Source: an uncultured cyanobacterium
GTDB taxonomy: Bacteria > Cyanobacteriota > Cyanobacteriia > Phormidesmidales > Phormidesmidaceae
DNA length: 64,000 bases
NCBI GenBank assembly: GCA_963793265.1
Contig: CAWBZI010000001.1
Coordinates: 1,184,001-1,248,000 of the forward strand
Reading direction: 5' to 3'
Part shown: piece by piece, positions 52,863 through 63,745 of the stretch
Layout: every line of letters starts with the position of its first letter
How positions within the stretch are numbered: position 1 is the first letter of the stretch
Program-made: the position numbers and the translations under genes
The notes under the pieces: model-generated
What the model saw: the letters and a program-made list of their open reading frames with translations, nothing else
What the model was told of the DNA's origin: nothing
Database searches by the model: none

Positions 52863-53443
52863 GATGGTGTGAAGTAGCAGGACAGGTGAAGAATCAACGA
52901 GGCTCACCCCTTAATGGATAGTGTTCCCAGCCGATGAGGTCACAAAGCAATAGAATCGGGAAAGAGACTTCGGAAAATACGTTCTCTGACGAGCTATCAG
53001 ACTTAAGAACAAACTTTATGCAAGCTGCTCTTAGAAGCTTTAGAGAAAGCCTCAACATACAGACGTCTAGCTAAGATATTCATAGCGATACAGGCTTATT
53101 CCTGATGACTTGAAGGGTAAGATGAGAAACTTAACGAATAACCTCTTAAAACAAACTGCTCTAAAAACAAACTGTTGGACGCATCGAGAAGACAAAGCCA
53201 AGCCGAAACTCAACTAAACTGCCCTATTAAAGAGATATCAGGCAAGGCAGCTCAGCCTCGAAAAGGCTATTCCAGGTTTATCAGTGTCACAAAGGCTTGG
53301 AACTTACAACAAATAATGGCTACTTTGAACAAGCCAGCAGATGCCAGCGCTAACATTTCAGGACACTACAAAAGGCTAAAACCGTGGCTGATTGGCCAGT
53401 TCAGAGGGATCAAAAGATTCTCTAAACCGACCGTCCAACAAGA

Positions 53444-55621
53444 CTACTGCTGCGGGATTTGAATAGTAAAAGTGGTGCCCGAGCCGATAGCCGAGTTGCA
53501 AATTAGCGAACCACCGTGCCGTTCTGTCACAATCTGATAGCTGATAGAAAGCCCCATCCCGGTACCTCTCCCGATTGGCTTGGTCGTGAAGAATGGATTG
53601 AATATTTGCGATCGCACATCCTCCGCCATCCCCGCACCATTATCACCAATACTGACGCTAAGCTGCCCCGCCATAAAATCAGTCGAAATCACCAGTTGAG
53701 GCTGATCAATCCCTTCTAGAGCATCAATACCGTTACCGATAATATTCATAAATACCTGATTGAGCTGCCCGGCATAGCACGTTACCAGCGGCAGCTCGCC
53801 ATAGCGCCTCACCACCTCAATCTCGCCACGATGATTCTGAGCCTTGAGCTGATGCCCTAAAATCATCAGCGTACTGTCTAGCCCTTGGTGAATATCCACC
53901 GCCTTTTGCTCCGCCTCATCTTTTCGAGAAAACGTCCGCAGCGAAGAAACAATCTGCCGAATTCGCTCCGCACCTAGCTTCATAGAAGCCAGCAAGTTCA
54001 ATAAATCCTCAGTGATAAAGTCAAAATCAAGCTCTTCTAGCTCTTCTAAGATTGCTTCAGGCGGATCTGGATATTGCGCTTGATAAAGCTTTAGCAGCCC
54101 TACCAGGCTATTTGCATACCGAGTAGCAGGCTTCACATTGCCATAAATAAAGCTCACAGGATTGTTGATCTCATGGGCTACGCCTGCCACAAGCTGCCCT
54201 AAACTAGACATTTTTTCAGTTTGTACTAAGCGAGTTTGCGCCTGCTGCAATTCACAAAAAGCCTGCTCTAAGTCTTTAGCCTGCTGCATCAAACACAGCT
54301 CGGCCCGCTTGCGCTCAGTAATATCATTGTGGATAGCCACATACTGATAAGGGCATCCGGCCTCATCCAAGAACGGCACAATGGTGGTGTACACCCAGTA
54401 GAGATTGCCATTTTTAGCCTGGTTTCTCATCTCGCCTAGCCAAACGTGGCCCGTGCTAATGGTGTGCCACATCTCCTCAAAAAACTCGCGCGGGTGATAG
54501 CTAGAGTTAACCAGACGATGGGTCTGCCCAATGAGTTCAGCCTGATTGTATTTAGAGATTTCACGAAACTTGTCATTGACGTAGGTAATGCGTCCTCGAT
54601 GGTCAGTAATCGCCACGTTTGAAGAGCAGTCCAGTGCAAACTTAACGTCAGCGAGTTCTTTGAGTGACTGATTTAACTGGGCTTCGATTTGTTTGCGATC
54701 GCTAATATCACTCAAGCACCCATACCAAACAATCGAACCATCCGCCTGCGGCTGCGGCTTAGCCAGCGTCCGCACCCACCGCGTCCGCCCCGAAGGCAGC
54801 ACAACCCGACACTCATACTGATACACCTTCAGCGTCAGCGCCGAGGCTCTAACCGCCGCCTTAAATCCCTGCCGCTCACTCTCATGAACCAGCTTGAGCA
54901 TCTCTACCCCCCGCGACTGAAACTCCTCCGGCGACAGGCTTAGCAATCGGTAGCTATCTGAGGAGACATAGGGAAAAGAGACTTCTGAATCACCGCTAAG
55001 CCGCATTTCATAGAGCAAATCTGGCACATTGTCGGCCAGTTTTTGCAGGCGAGTTTGGCTCACTGCTAGCTCAGCCGTACGCGCCTCTAACCGACTAGAT
55101 AGCAGATGATTGAGCTGCTTGGTTTCAATCTCCGACTGCTTGTGTATCGTAATATCTTGAGCTAGCGCGTTCCACAGGATAGTGAGCGGATCGAATTGCT
55201 CAGGGGCAGGCTGCATCGTCAGCGCGATCCATTTTATCTTTTGGTTGGGTAGCACTATTCGTCCTTCCCATTCCCAAAGCCGGGGGAGCTGAGCCGCCCG
55301 TTTCATTGCTAGCTCAAAAGACGCGCGATCTTCTAGGTGGATAGCGTCAAATAGGCAGTGGGATAGGTGTTTTAGCGCTTTGATGTGGCTTGATGGTTGA
55401 GCGATCGCAGGCTCTAGCAGTTTGTAGCAGCCCGCACCAATATATGGATAGGCAACAGCCACCCCTTCTCGCGTCGTCACCACCTGAGAAACTGCCCCAG
55501 GGATGCTGTCCATCCAGCGCTGAAAGTCATCAGGTAGATCGTTACTGCGTAGAGATTCAGGGTCGATCTGAGTAGGCGGAATAGAAGCTTTCATCGGGGG
55601 GTATCTGAAGAGAGAAACCAC
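53444..55621 (-). CDS. Multi-PAS sensor histidine kinase
   Basis: Three PAS/PAC units, [20 protein letters not shown] and [14 protein letters not shown]. Confidence 0.92.
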   Translation of the reverse strand: MVSLFRYPPMKASIPPTQIDPESLRSNDLPDDFQRWMDSIPGAVSQVVTTREGVAVAYPYIGAGCYKLLEPAIAQPSSHIKALKHLSHCLFDAIHLEDRASFELAMKRAAQLPRLWEWEGRIVLPNQKIKWIALTMQPAPEQFDPLTILWNALAQDITIHKQSEIETKQLNHLLSSRLEARTAELAVSQTRLQKLADNVPDLLYEMRLSGDSEVSFPYVSSDSYRLLSLSPEEFQSRGVEMLKLVHESERQGFKAAVRASALTLKVYQYECRVVLPSGRTRWVRTLAKPQPQADGSIVWYGCLSDISDRKQIEAQLNQSLKELADVKFALDCSSNVAITDHRGRITYVNDKFREISKYNQAELIGQTHRLVNSSYHPREFFEEMWHTISTGHVWLGEMRNQAKNGNLYWVYTTIVPFLDEAGCPYQYVAIHNDITERKRAELCLMQQAKDLEQAFCELQQAQTRLVQTEKMSSLGQLVAGVAHEINNPVSFIYGNVKPATRYANSLVGLLKLYQAQYPDPPEAILEELEELDFDFITEDLLNLLASMKLGAERIRQIVSSLRTFSRKDEAEQKAVDIHQGLDSTLMILGHQLKAQNHRGEIEVVRRYGELPLVTCYAGQLNQVFMNIIGNGIDALEGIDQPQLVISTDFMAGQLSVSIGDNGAGMAEDVRSQIFNPFFTTKPIGRGTGMGLSISYQIVTERHGGSLICNSAIGSGTTFTIQIPQQ

Positions 55622-55718
55622 TTTGGGTTATCATTCCCGAGGCGAAAAGCTAGGCAAGACGGTGTTCTTACGGAGCATAGAGCCAACGACGCAAAATGGC
55701 ATCTGTAACGTTTGGAGA

Positions 55719-56009
55719 TTAAGTGAAGAAAGATGGGAAGTTGCGGCGACCGTTTACAACCCGTAGGATTTCGATATCATCATCTAGGAGTTGGTAGAAA
55801 ACAATATAGCCATCTAAAGACATTCCTCTAAGATCAGGCCGAATAAAATCATAGCTTTTACCGCTGTTTGGGAAAGTAATTAGCTGCTTGCACTTTCGGT
55901 CGAAAGTACGAAAGAATCTTTCGCCTGCTTCAACGCTAGTATCAGCAAAATAATTAGCAATCTCGTTGAGGTCTTTACTAGCAAGCTCGTTGATGACATA
56001 GCGACTCAT
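55719..56009 (-). CDS. RelE/ParE family toxin
   Basis: ASKDLNEIA.Y, FPNSGK and YIVFY...IEILRVVNGRR. Confidence 0.9.
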   Translation of the reverse strand: MSRYVINELASKDLNEIANYFADTSVEAGERFFRTFDRKCKQLITFPNSGKSYDFIRPDLRGMSLDGYIVFYQLLDDDIEILRVVNGRRNFPSFFT

Positions 56010-56266
56010 GCCTGACCAGGCTTTTGAAACCGCTCCAGGATCTCGCTAACGAAGGTTTCGCCATCAATGGGAGGCGTACTGTTTGAAGCCTCAATAGCTG
56101 CGTCGATCTTCATGCGTACGTCTTCAACCCATTCGGCGTTTGATCGCTCGTATTCGTCCAGCAATTTCAGTGCAGTTTCCAGAACCTCCTCAGCAGAACG
56201 ATACTTACCAGCTTGCAGCTTATTTTGAACAATACGCTCTTGATCGGTTGTCAGACTGATACTCAT
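56006..56266 (-). CDS. ParD-family (RHH) antitoxin
   Basis: MSISLT.DQE......GKY.SAEEV...ALKLL; 4-nt overlap with the toxin. Confidence 0.88.
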   Translation of the reverse strand: MSISLTTDQERIVQNKLQAGKYRSAEEVLETALKLLDEYERSNAEWVEDVRMKIDAAIEASNSTPPIDGETFVSEILERFQKPGQA

Positions 56267-56406
56267 AAGTCGTGTCTAATTGAGATAACTCTATTCTAAA
56301 GGCTCGTTACAGAAGAAACTAAGACTACGTGCTATCGATACAACTGAATCAAAATGCAGATTGCAGAAGCATATTCGGATATATTTATCAACATGAATAA
56401 AGAAAA

Positions 56407-59400
56407 TCAGCTCTCGTCAATTACAGCATCGCGGTCTAGCAATAGCAAATTACGTAACTGATCGGTATCTAGTTCAGTGAGCCACTGTTCACCTGCACCG
56501 ACAACTTGCTCAGCAAGTGCCTTCTTACTGTTGATCATGTCATTGATTCGTTCTTCTAGGGTGCCAGTGGTAACGAATTTGTGGACTTGGACGTTTTTGG
56601 TTTGGCCGATGCGGAAGGCGCGGTCTGTGGCTTGATTTTCTACGGCGGGGTTCCACCAGCGGTCGAAGTGGAAGACGTGGTTGGCGCGGGTGAGATTGAG
56701 GCCGACGCCGCCTGCTTTAAGGGAGAGAATGAAGATTTTGGGGCCGTTAGGATCGAGCTGGAATCGGTCTACCATTTCTTCTCGTTTGGGCTGAGAGGTG
56801 CTGCCGTAAAGGAATTGGGTTTGAGTGCCCAAGCGATGTTCTAAATGGGTAGATAACAACTTTCCCCACTCGGCAAACTGCGTGAAGATTAAGGCGCGAT
56901 CGCCCTCTGCAACAACTTCTTCTAACATCTCATCCAAACGCTGCAATTTACCCGAACGCTGAGACTTCCCTAAGCTATCTTGCTTAAGAAACTGCGCGGG
57001 ATGATTGCAAATCTGTTTGAGTTTCACTAGCAGTCCTAAGATCATGCCGCGTCGCTGAACGCCCGTAGCCTCGTCAATCTCTCCTAATGTCTCATCTACT
57101 AGCTTTTGATAAAGCTTGGCCTGCTCGGCAGTGAGTCCACAAAAAACAGTCATCTCCTGCTTGTCGGGCAGGTCTTGGATGATAGTGCGGTCGGTTTTGA
57201 GACGGCGCAGAATGAAGGGTTGGACAAGCGATCGCAATGTCTTCAGCGAATCTGTATCGCCATACTTCTCAATCGGCGTTGCAAACCGTCGCTTAAAGAA
57301 GTTCAGTGGTCCCAAATAGCCAGGATTCAAGAAATCCATAATCGCCCACAGCTCAGAAAGCCGGTTCTCTACAGGCGTACCCGTTAGCGCCACGCGAAAC
57401 TCACTTTCTACCTCGCGCACTGCCAAAGACTGCTTAGCCGTTGGGTTCTTGATATTCTGCGCCTCATCAAGCACCATCCCTCGCCACTCAATCTTTTTAA
57501 GATCCTTCAAGTCTCGCTGCACCAGCGTATAGCTCGTAATCACCAAATCTAGCTTTTCAGTCGCCTCAACAAGCGCTGTCCCTTTGGGCCGCTTATCGCC
57601 GTGATAAATCAAAGTCCTTAGCTCAGGGCCAAACTTTTTCACCTCACGCTGCCAGTTTGTGAGTACAGAAGTCGGGCATACCAACAAGGTCGGCCCACCT
57701 AAAGCCTTTTCTTGCTTGAGATACAGCAAAAACGCAATGAGCTGAATCGTCTTACCCAAGCCCATATCATCGGCCAGGCAAGCCCCAAGCCCCCACTGCT
57801 CCAGAAACGAAAGCCAGGAAACCCCTTTCGCCTGATAAGGCCGTAGCTGCCCTTCAAAACCATCAGGCTCCTCAATTGCCGTTAGGCTCTGGTTGCCTGT
57901 CGTCATGGTTGTGATCAGCTCATCCAACTTGCCAGAAGCATCAAACTTCACAACCGGCAGCTTATCGATAAGCTGGTTATCACCTGTACTAATACGCAAA
58001 GCTTCCTCTACTGAAAGCTTTGTTTGCCCCTTACGTTTCTCAAAGAACTCTTTAGCCGCTCGCACATCCTGCGGACGCAGCTCAATCCACTGGCCATTAA
58101 TCTCAACCAGTGGCGTACCTTGAGTAATCAGATCGTCAAACTCCGCCTTAGTTAGAATCTGACCGCCGACAGATAGATCCCACTTGAAGTTCAACAAGCT
58201 TTGCAGGCCCAATCGCTGCTGCTTAGGTGGCGCGGTTGCACTGATTTGTAGCCCTAATCGGCTAGCGCCTACTTTACTAGGATCTACCAAATTGTCGGGC
58301 AAAATTACGCCAAAGCCGCTGTCCTGAAGCCGCCAGGCGGTAGCCTTAATGAACTGATAAGCCTCGATAGGATCTAGAACGCACTGAGTCGGGCTGGGGT
58401 CTGTGAGGGTTTGCTTGATAGGTTCGTATAGGCGAGTAGCCCGGCCTAAGCCGCCTAGCAGAGTTTCTTGAGGCGCTTCTATGGCTCTGCCTTCATAGGT
58501 GATTTCGTCGGCAGGGTTTTGCCAAACCGTTTCGGCGTCTACCTTAAAGTCGCCGTCGTCAATGGCTTGTAGGCCGTAGGAAAGCGTCCAGTTTAGCGTG
58601 CCTGATGGGGGCGGGGTGAGTGAAAAGCAGGTGCGGAAGCCGTGGATTTTGTCAGCCAGGTTTTGCAGCGGCGCTGTCCAGGTGTTGATGGCATCGTTGA
58701 GGCGGACGACGCCTGTAGGGGTGGACTCAAAGTGAGGATCTGGTGCGGCTAGTGCCTCTAACCATTCGTGTAGGGGGAGGTCTTTGCTTAGGGCAGCAGC
58801 GCTAGGCGTTTCGTTACTTTGAGCGGCGCTGCGGACTTGAGCATCAACGAGCGTTTCGAGAAAGTTGCGGACTAGGGGATCAACAGAATCGGGGAGATCG
58901 ATGCGGAAGGGGGAGACTTTTTTGGGGGCTGAGGCTGGGTAGCTGCGGCAGACTAGGGGGAGGCGATCGCAAAATTCCTTCAGCCGAGCCTGATCCAGCG
59001 CACTATCTAACAAAAGCTGCCACGCCGCCAAAGCCCCTTTTTTATCGGCACTTACGACCGGCACAAACTTGCCTCGCGCCAGCAAATCTAAGCACCAGCG
59101 GGTTAGGTGCGACCAGTAGCGCAAATCATCACCGACAAAAGCACTCGCTTCTGACTGGCCCAGCGGTAGTGCTGTGAGAAATTTCGTGGTTGTCAGCGGA
59201 TCTATCAGTCCGCCCGAGATTTGCCACGGGTAGAGCACGGCTGATGATTCTTCTGAAGCTTGCTCGGTTGCAGGGAAGCGATCACCCGCCGACAGCACAG
59301 GCAGCATCCCATCATCATCAAACATAGTTGGTAATACAACCACCCGAGACTGCCAGTCCTTCGAGCCAGCTTTACTCGCTTTAGACTGACGAGTCTTCCC

Positions 59401-59706
59401 CTTTGTGGCTTTGCCGTCCGATTTAGCAGTCGTCTTAGTGCCGACCTTAGCGCTGACTTTGCCGCTCGTACCCGCTATCTGAGCCTGCATCCAGGAAAGA
59501 TCAAATTCCTCACCCTTTTGCAAACTGTCAGCAAGCTCTGTTTGGCTCAACTGATACGGCTGCTTAGGAACGCTAGGAACTTTGTCTTCTGCTAAAAGGC
59601 CAGAGAAATCGATTGAAAACTTAGTCGCATCGACTTTTCGCCAGGTTTCCCCCCACAGAAAAAAACGCTGTAGGTCAGGCAGCCAGTTTCCATGTAATGT
59701 CGCCAT
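56407..59706 (-). CDS. SNF2-family (Swi2/Snf2) helicase with N-terminal DUF3670-like region
   Basis: LRPYQ, LADDMGLGKT, DEAQ, LTGTPVEN and WWNPAVENQATDRAFRIGQ. Confidence 0.95.
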   Translation of the reverse strand: MATLHGNWLPDLQRFFLWGETWRKVDATKFSIDFSGLLAEDKVPSVPKQPYQLSQTELADSLQKGEEFDLSWMQAQIAGTSGKVSAKVGTKTTAKSDGKATKGKTRQSKASKAGSKDWQSRVVVLPTMFDDDGMLPVLSAGDRFPATEQASEESSAVLYPWQISGGLIDPLTTTKFLTALPLGQSEASAFVGDDLRYWSHLTRWCLDLLARGKFVPVVSADKKGALAAWQLLLDSALDQARLKEFCDRLPLVCRSYPASAPKKVSPFRIDLPDSVDPLVRNFLETLVDAQVRSAAQSNETPSAAALSKDLPLHEWLEALAAPDPHFESTPTGVVRLNDAINTWTAPLQNLADKIHGFRTCFSLTPPPSGTLNWTLSYGLQAIDDGDFKVDAETVWQNPADEITYEGRAIEAPQETLLGGLGRATRLYEPIKQTLTDPSPTQCVLDPIEAYQFIKATAWRLQDSGFGVILPDNLVDPSKVGASRLGLQISATAPPKQQRLGLQSLLNFKWDLSVGGQILTKAEFDDLITQGTPLVEINGQWIELRPQDVRAAKEFFEKRKGQTKLSVEEALRISTGDNQLIDKLPVVKFDASGKLDELITTMTTGNQSLTAIEEPDGFEGQLRPYQAKGVSWLSFLEQWGLGACLADDMGLGKTIQLIAFLLYLKQEKALGGPTLLVCPTSVLTNWQREVKKFGPELRTLIYHGDKRPKGTALVEATEKLDLVITSYTLVQRDLKDLKKIEWRGMVLDEAQNIKNPTAKQSLAVREVESEFRVALTGTPVENRLSELWAIMDFLNPGYLGPLNFFKRRFATPIEKYGDTDSLKTLRSLVQPFILRRLKTDRTIIQDLPDKQEMTVFCGLTAEQAKLYQKLVDETLGEIDEATGVQRRGMILGLLVKLKQICNHPAQFLKQDSLGKSQRSGKLQRLDEMLEEVVAEGDRALIFTQFAEWGKLLSTHLEHRLGTQTQFLYGSTSQPKREEMVDRFQLDPNGPKIFILSLKAGGVGLNLTRANHVFHFDRWWNPAVENQATDRAFRIGQTKNVQVHKFVTTGTLEERINDMINSKKALAEQVVGAGEQWLTELDTDQLRNLLLLDRDAVIDES

Positions 59707-59795
59707 GAGGCAAAACGCTCTTAAGAGAGGCTAGAGGTTGACGTAATCGTATCGAAGGAACTGCGCCTTTTAAAGGCATTCACCTAAGAGTATCG

Positions 59796-60752
59796 CTACG
59801 GGGTTTCAAATTTTTCGTAGGCAGCGACAATTCGTTGCACTAATGGGTGGCGTACCACGTCAGCTTTGGTCAATTCGCAAAATGAAATGCCTTCCACCTT
59901 CGACAAAATCTGAGTCGCTGCCGATAGCCCAGACTTTTGATACTGCGGCAAATCTGTTTGAGTAACGTCGCCAGTAACGACCATTCGCGAGTTAAAGCCT
60001 AAGCGAGTGAGCACCATTTTCATCTGCGCGGGCGTACTATTTTGCGCCTCGTCCAAAATCACGAAGGCATTGCTCAGCGTTCGTCCTCGCATATAGGCCA
60101 AAGGCGCAACCTCAATCACACCGCGTTCCATCAGTTGCGGAATCCGCTCAGGATCGAGCAGTTCGTGCAGCGCGTCGTACAAAGGGCGCAAATAAGGATT
60201 GACTTTCTCTTGCAAATCGCCCGGTAAGAACCCTAGCTTCTCACCGGCTTCTACCGCAGGGCGCGTGAGAATCAATTTCTCAAACTCCTCATTCATCAGC
60301 GCCTTAACAGCGACCATCGCGGCCAAAAAGGTTTTGCCGGTACCTGCCGGGCCAGTACAAAAGGTCAAATCGCTCTTGCGCAAAGCCTTGATGTACTGCT
60401 GCTGGCGGAAGGTTTTAGCACGGATAATTTGCCCTCTGCGCGTTCGAGCAACCACATCGCTTTGCAAGGCTTTTAGCTCATCGCCTCGGTGCGTGTCGAG
60501 CGCATGAATGGCCGTCATGATGTCGGTAATTGCGATCGCCTGCCCCTGGCTCCAGGTCGGCTCTAGCGTCTCTACAATTTTGCGCGATCGCTCCACCTGA
60601 CTCTCGGTACCCACAATATTTAGCTCACTGCCCCGAAGCACAATATTAGCGCCGGTTTGCTGAGCAATGCGCTTGATATTTTCTTCGTGCGGGCCAGCTA
60701 GGGCGATCGCATTTTCAGAACTCATCAAGCCAAATTTATAGTTATTTCCCAT
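59796..60752 (-). CDS. phoH: PhoH family protein (YbeZ-like)
   Basis: GPAGTGKT, RPAVEAGEKLGFLPG, MRGRTL and DEAQN. Confidence 0.94.
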   Translation of the reverse strand: MGNNYKFGLMSSENAIALAGPHEENIKRIAQQTGANIVLRGSELNIVGTESQVERSRKIVETLEPTWSQGQAIAITDIMTAIHALDTHRGDELKALQSDVVARTRRGQIIRAKTFRQQQYIKALRKSDLTFCTGPAGTGKTFLAAMVAVKALMNEEFEKLILTRPAVEAGEKLGFLPGDLQEKVNPYLRPLYDALHELLDPERIPQLMERGVIEVAPLAYMRGRTLSNAFVILDEAQNSTPAQMKMVLTRLGFNSRMVVTGDVTQTDLPQYQKSGLSAATQILSKVEGISFCELTKADVVRHPLVQRIVAAYEKFETP

Positions 60753-60973
60753 GCAGTTATTGAGTCAGCCAAATCAAGCGAATTAAAAGGATATAGCCAG
60801 CACCTTTTATAAAGTGCTCATCTCCTAATCTAGCGCTTTTGAACTATCTGAGCGCATCTAAGGACTAGAGATATAGCGAAAACAGCCGAGCCCACAAAAA
60901 AAGACCTGGCCTGCTAGCTCGCCTGCCAAATCTTCTTTCATATCTTTAGAACAGATACGTCAAAGCGCTAAAA

Positions 60974-61420
60974 CTATTCTGGTTTGGGCTTCTTCTTAGG
61001 TGGCGCTGGATTAGTACTAGGTCTAGGTGGACGACTTTCTCGATTGCGATCACCACCACGCCCTCTCCCACCACCTGAACGACCACCACCACGACTATCA
61101 CTCCGCTCGGCTCGCTCAGGCTCGGGTTCACCAAACACGCTGATATTCACAGTCATATCAGATAGCTTCGCCGCTGCTGCTAGCACCGTTCGTACCGCCT
61201 TAATATTGCGGCCCCCACGACCAAACACGCGCCCTTTATCCTCGTCTTCGTCAAACGCGGCTCTGAGCCACAGCTTTTTACCACCGGAGAGATTCTCCAC
61301 GTGAAACTTAAGCTGCTCCGGTTTGTCTAAAAAAGGATGCATCAAAAAGCGAGCGAGCGCTTCGTAATCAGGCCGGTTAGATAAAGCCTGTTCGGATGAA
61401 GTTTGGTCAGATGAAGTCAC
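60974..61420 (-). CDS. khpA: KH-domain RNA-binding protein (KhpA-like) with RGG-rich tail
   Basis: DKGRVFGRGGRNI KH motif; lies between rpsP and phoH. Confidence 0.85.
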   Translation of the reverse strand: MTSSDQTSSEQALSNRPDYEALARFLMHPFLDKPEQLKFHVENLSGGKKLWLRAAFDEDEDKGRVFGRGGRNIKAVRTVLAAAAKLSDMTVNISVFGEPEPERAERSDSRGGGRSGGGRGRGGDRNRESRPPRPSTNPAPPKKKPKPE

Positions 61421-61430
61421 GGCTTGTCAC

Positions 61431-61685
61431 CTAGCTATTCGTCCCGAGCTGTTCGTACACGTTTGCTTTTTTCAGAATGTGCTCAACAGTCTTAGTGGGC
61501 TGAGCGCCTTCTTTGAGCCACTTTACAATGGCTGGAACGTCCAAACGGGTTTCGTCCGTTCTGGGGTTATAAAAGCCTACTTCTTCAAGCGGACGACCGT
61601 CGCGGCGGTCTTGAGCACGCATCGCGACGATACGATAGCTAACTTCGCGCTTTTTGCCAAAGCGCTTGAGTCTAATTTTGATCAT
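61431..61685 (-). CDS. rpsP: 30S ribosomal protein S16
   Basis: [12 protein letters not shown]...YRIV...RRDGR..E.VGFYNP...GAQPT; ATG at 61685. Confidence 0.97.
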   Translation of the reverse strand: MIKIRLKRFGKKREVSYRIVAMRAQDRRDGRPLEEVGFYNPRTDETRLDVPAIVKWLKEGAQPTKTVEHILKKANVYEQLGTNS

Positions 61686-61834
61686 TTGAAAACAGCTATT
61701 CACATTAGAGCAATCGATTTTAACACTCACTGCGAACTTCTGCGAATCCGAAGCAAAGCACCTGCTTTCCCAATACTTCAAAAAAAGAAAATTGAGAAGG
61801 CAAAAGCTCAGCCACAAATTTGCGGTCGGTTCGA

Positions 61835-61975
61835 TTAATCTTCGTGATCTTCAAACGGATCGCTGAGCTGCTTAGCCGGTGGGCCAAACGCTGTATACAC
61901 CGCGTAGAGAGTGAACAGGCCGACGATGGAAGCGACCGACACAATAAGAACTGTTGCAGAATCTAAATTTGCCAT
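61835..61975 (-). CDS. psbN: Photosystem II assembly protein PsbN (not in ORF track)
   Basis: [46 protein letters not shown]; divergent from psbH. Confidence 0.95.
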   Translation of the reverse strand: MANLDSATVLIVSVASIVGLFTLYAVYTAFGPPAKQLSDPFEDHED

Positions 61976-62043
61976 GGAGTTTTACTCATGATTTCCTCTA
62001 TGATATTACAGAATATAAAGTAACTTTAGTCACCGATTACTCC

Positions 62044-62247
62044 ATGGCACAGCGCACGAAGTTGGGTAACATCCTCAAGCCTTTGAACTCTGAGTACGGA
62101 AAAGTCACCCCAGGGTGGGGGACAACCCCAGTCATGGGCGTGTTCATGGCGCTTTTCCTCGTGTTTTTGCTGATCATTCTTCAGCTATACAACTCATCGC
62201 TAATCATCGATAACGTCGATGTAGATTGGAGAAGCCTTGGCGGCTAA
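62044..62247 (+). CDS. psbH: Photosystem II protein PsbH
   Basis: [27 protein letters not shown]. Confidence 0.97.
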   Translation: MAQRTKLGNILKPLNSEYGKVTPGWGTTPVMGVFMALFLVFLLIILQLYNSSLIIDNVDVDWRSLGG

Positions 62248-62355
62248 CGCTAGAGCAGCACTATTTAGATTCAGTGCTACAAATTCTTCAAAGGGGTAGG
62301 TGTGTTTTGCGCCTGCCCTTTATAATTTTTAAACAACGTCGCGGATATTTGAGAA

Positions 62356-62685
62356 ATGAACGTCTTTGGAATTGGCCTACCCGAGATGGGCTTGATTATG
62401 ATTGTGGCCTTGCTTGTATTTGGGCCTAAAAAGCTGCCCGAGATTGGCCGCAGCATGGGCAAGGCGATGAAGGGCTTTCAGGACGCCACTAAGGAATTTG
62501 AGACTGAGTTCAAAAAAGAAGCCGATGCTATAGAGAAATCGGTAGCTGAGCCGATGCGGGCGACATTAGAAAAGCCACGCGCGCTAGTGGCTGATAAAGA
62601 ACCGACCGAAGCGCAGGTTGTTGAAACCGAGCCTGAAGCTGATGCAGCCAACGCTAAAGAAGATAGCGAAACTCAGGTGGCTTAA
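62356..62685 (+). CDS. tatA: Twin-arginine translocase TatA/E subunit
   Basis: FGIGLPE...ALLVFGPKKLPEIGRSMGK. Confidence 0.93.
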   Translation: MNVFGIGLPEMGLIMIVALLVFGPKKLPEIGRSMGKAMKGFQDATKEFETEFKKEADAIEKSVAEPMRATLEKPRALVADKEPTEAQVVETEPEADAANAKEDSETQVA

Positions 62686-62733
62686 GCGTTAGCCATTGAG
62701 ATACAGTCAGCAGCAGTTGAGATTGAAGGAAAG

Positions 62734-63375
62734 ATGGTAGGGACACCGCCCGCGCAGACACCCACGCAAACACTGGTGCTGCCAAGATTGATTGTGGGCT
62801 TGGGAAATCCAGGCGCTAAGTATGACCGGACACGTCACAATATTGGCTTTGAGGTGATTGATGCGATCGCTAAAACCTACCCAGACGTTTCCCTCACAGA
62901 AAACAAGCGGTTCCAGGGTGCCACAGGCGAATTTCGGAATGGGGGCGATCGCACCGTTCTCCTCAAGCCCACCACCTACATGAACAAGTCAGGCCAGGCT
63001 GTCCGCGCCGTGCTCGACTGGTACAAGCTAGACCCTGCCTCAGTGCTCGTGGTGTACGACGATATGGATTTACCCACTGGCAAGCTGCGCCTACGCCTGA
63101 CAGGTGGAGCCGGTGGGCACAACGGCATGAAGTCGATTATCGCTCACTTAGGCACAAAGGATTTTCCTCGGCTGCGCGTTGGCATTGGTAGCACCGATAA
63201 AGGCGAGGAACGTGATAGCGCAGTTGTCTCTCACGTGTTAGGCCGCTTTGCCCCAGAGGATAGAAAGATCGTTGATGCGGTAATTCCGATGGCAGTCGAT
63301 GCGATTGACTTGAGCCTGCGTAAGGGATTTGAGCGCTCAATGAATTTGTATAACGGGCGAGAGGTAGAGATTTAA
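62734..63375 (+). CDS. pth: Peptidyl-tRNA hydrolase
   Basis: LIVGLGNPG.KY..TRHNIGF, KPTTYMN.SG and GGHNGMKSI. Confidence 0.96.
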   Translation: MVGTPPAQTPTQTLVLPRLIVGLGNPGAKYDRTRHNIGFEVIDAIAKTYPDVSLTENKRFQGATGEFRNGGDRTVLLKPTTYMNKSGQAVRAVLDWYKLDPASVLVVYDDMDLPTGKLRLRLTGGAGGHNGMKSIIAHLGTKDFPRLRVGIGSTDKGEERDSAVVSHVLGRFAPEDRKIVDAVIPMAVDAIDLSLRKGFERSMNLYNGREVEI

Positions 63376-63740
63376 GGCGGCGCTTGGTCTTGAGAACGCT
63401 GATAGAAGAGAATACCAACCCGACGGATATGGTCTACAACGTCAGGATTATCAATATGGCTGAGAATAGAGATATCAAAGAGGTAGGGCAGCAGTAAATC
63501 GTCTATTTCATTTTCTAGACGGCTGATAATTCGGTAAGTTAGCTGCGTTCCCGTCAAAGTCAAATCAATGTCTGAGCCAGGACGATACCTGTTCATAGCT
63601 CTTGATCCATAAAGAATCGCAGACTCTACTTCAGGATAGTGAGAAAAAACGTCTGTGATTTTAGTAATCACTGATTCTTTTAGCCCAAACCGCTTCGGTG
63701 TTTCGCCAAATGTTTTTGAATCTGATGAGATAGGCGGCAT
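63372..63740 (-). CDS. Minimal nucleotidyltransferase (MNT) antitoxin
   Basis: LYGSRA...GSDIDL motif; follows a HEPN gene. Confidence 0.9.
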   Translation of the reverse strand: MPPISSDSKTFGETPKRFGLKESVITKITDVFSHYPEVESAILYGSRAMNRYRPGSDIDLTLTGTQLTYRIISRLENEIDDLLLPYLFDISILSHIDNPDVVDHIRRVGILFYQRSQDQAPP

Positions 63741-63745
63741 CTCAG

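Noticed and set aside
53175..53462. 95-aa ORF upstream of sigC
   Set aside because: TTG start, no motifs, overlaps the kinase 3' end; more likely sigC promoter/leader DNA
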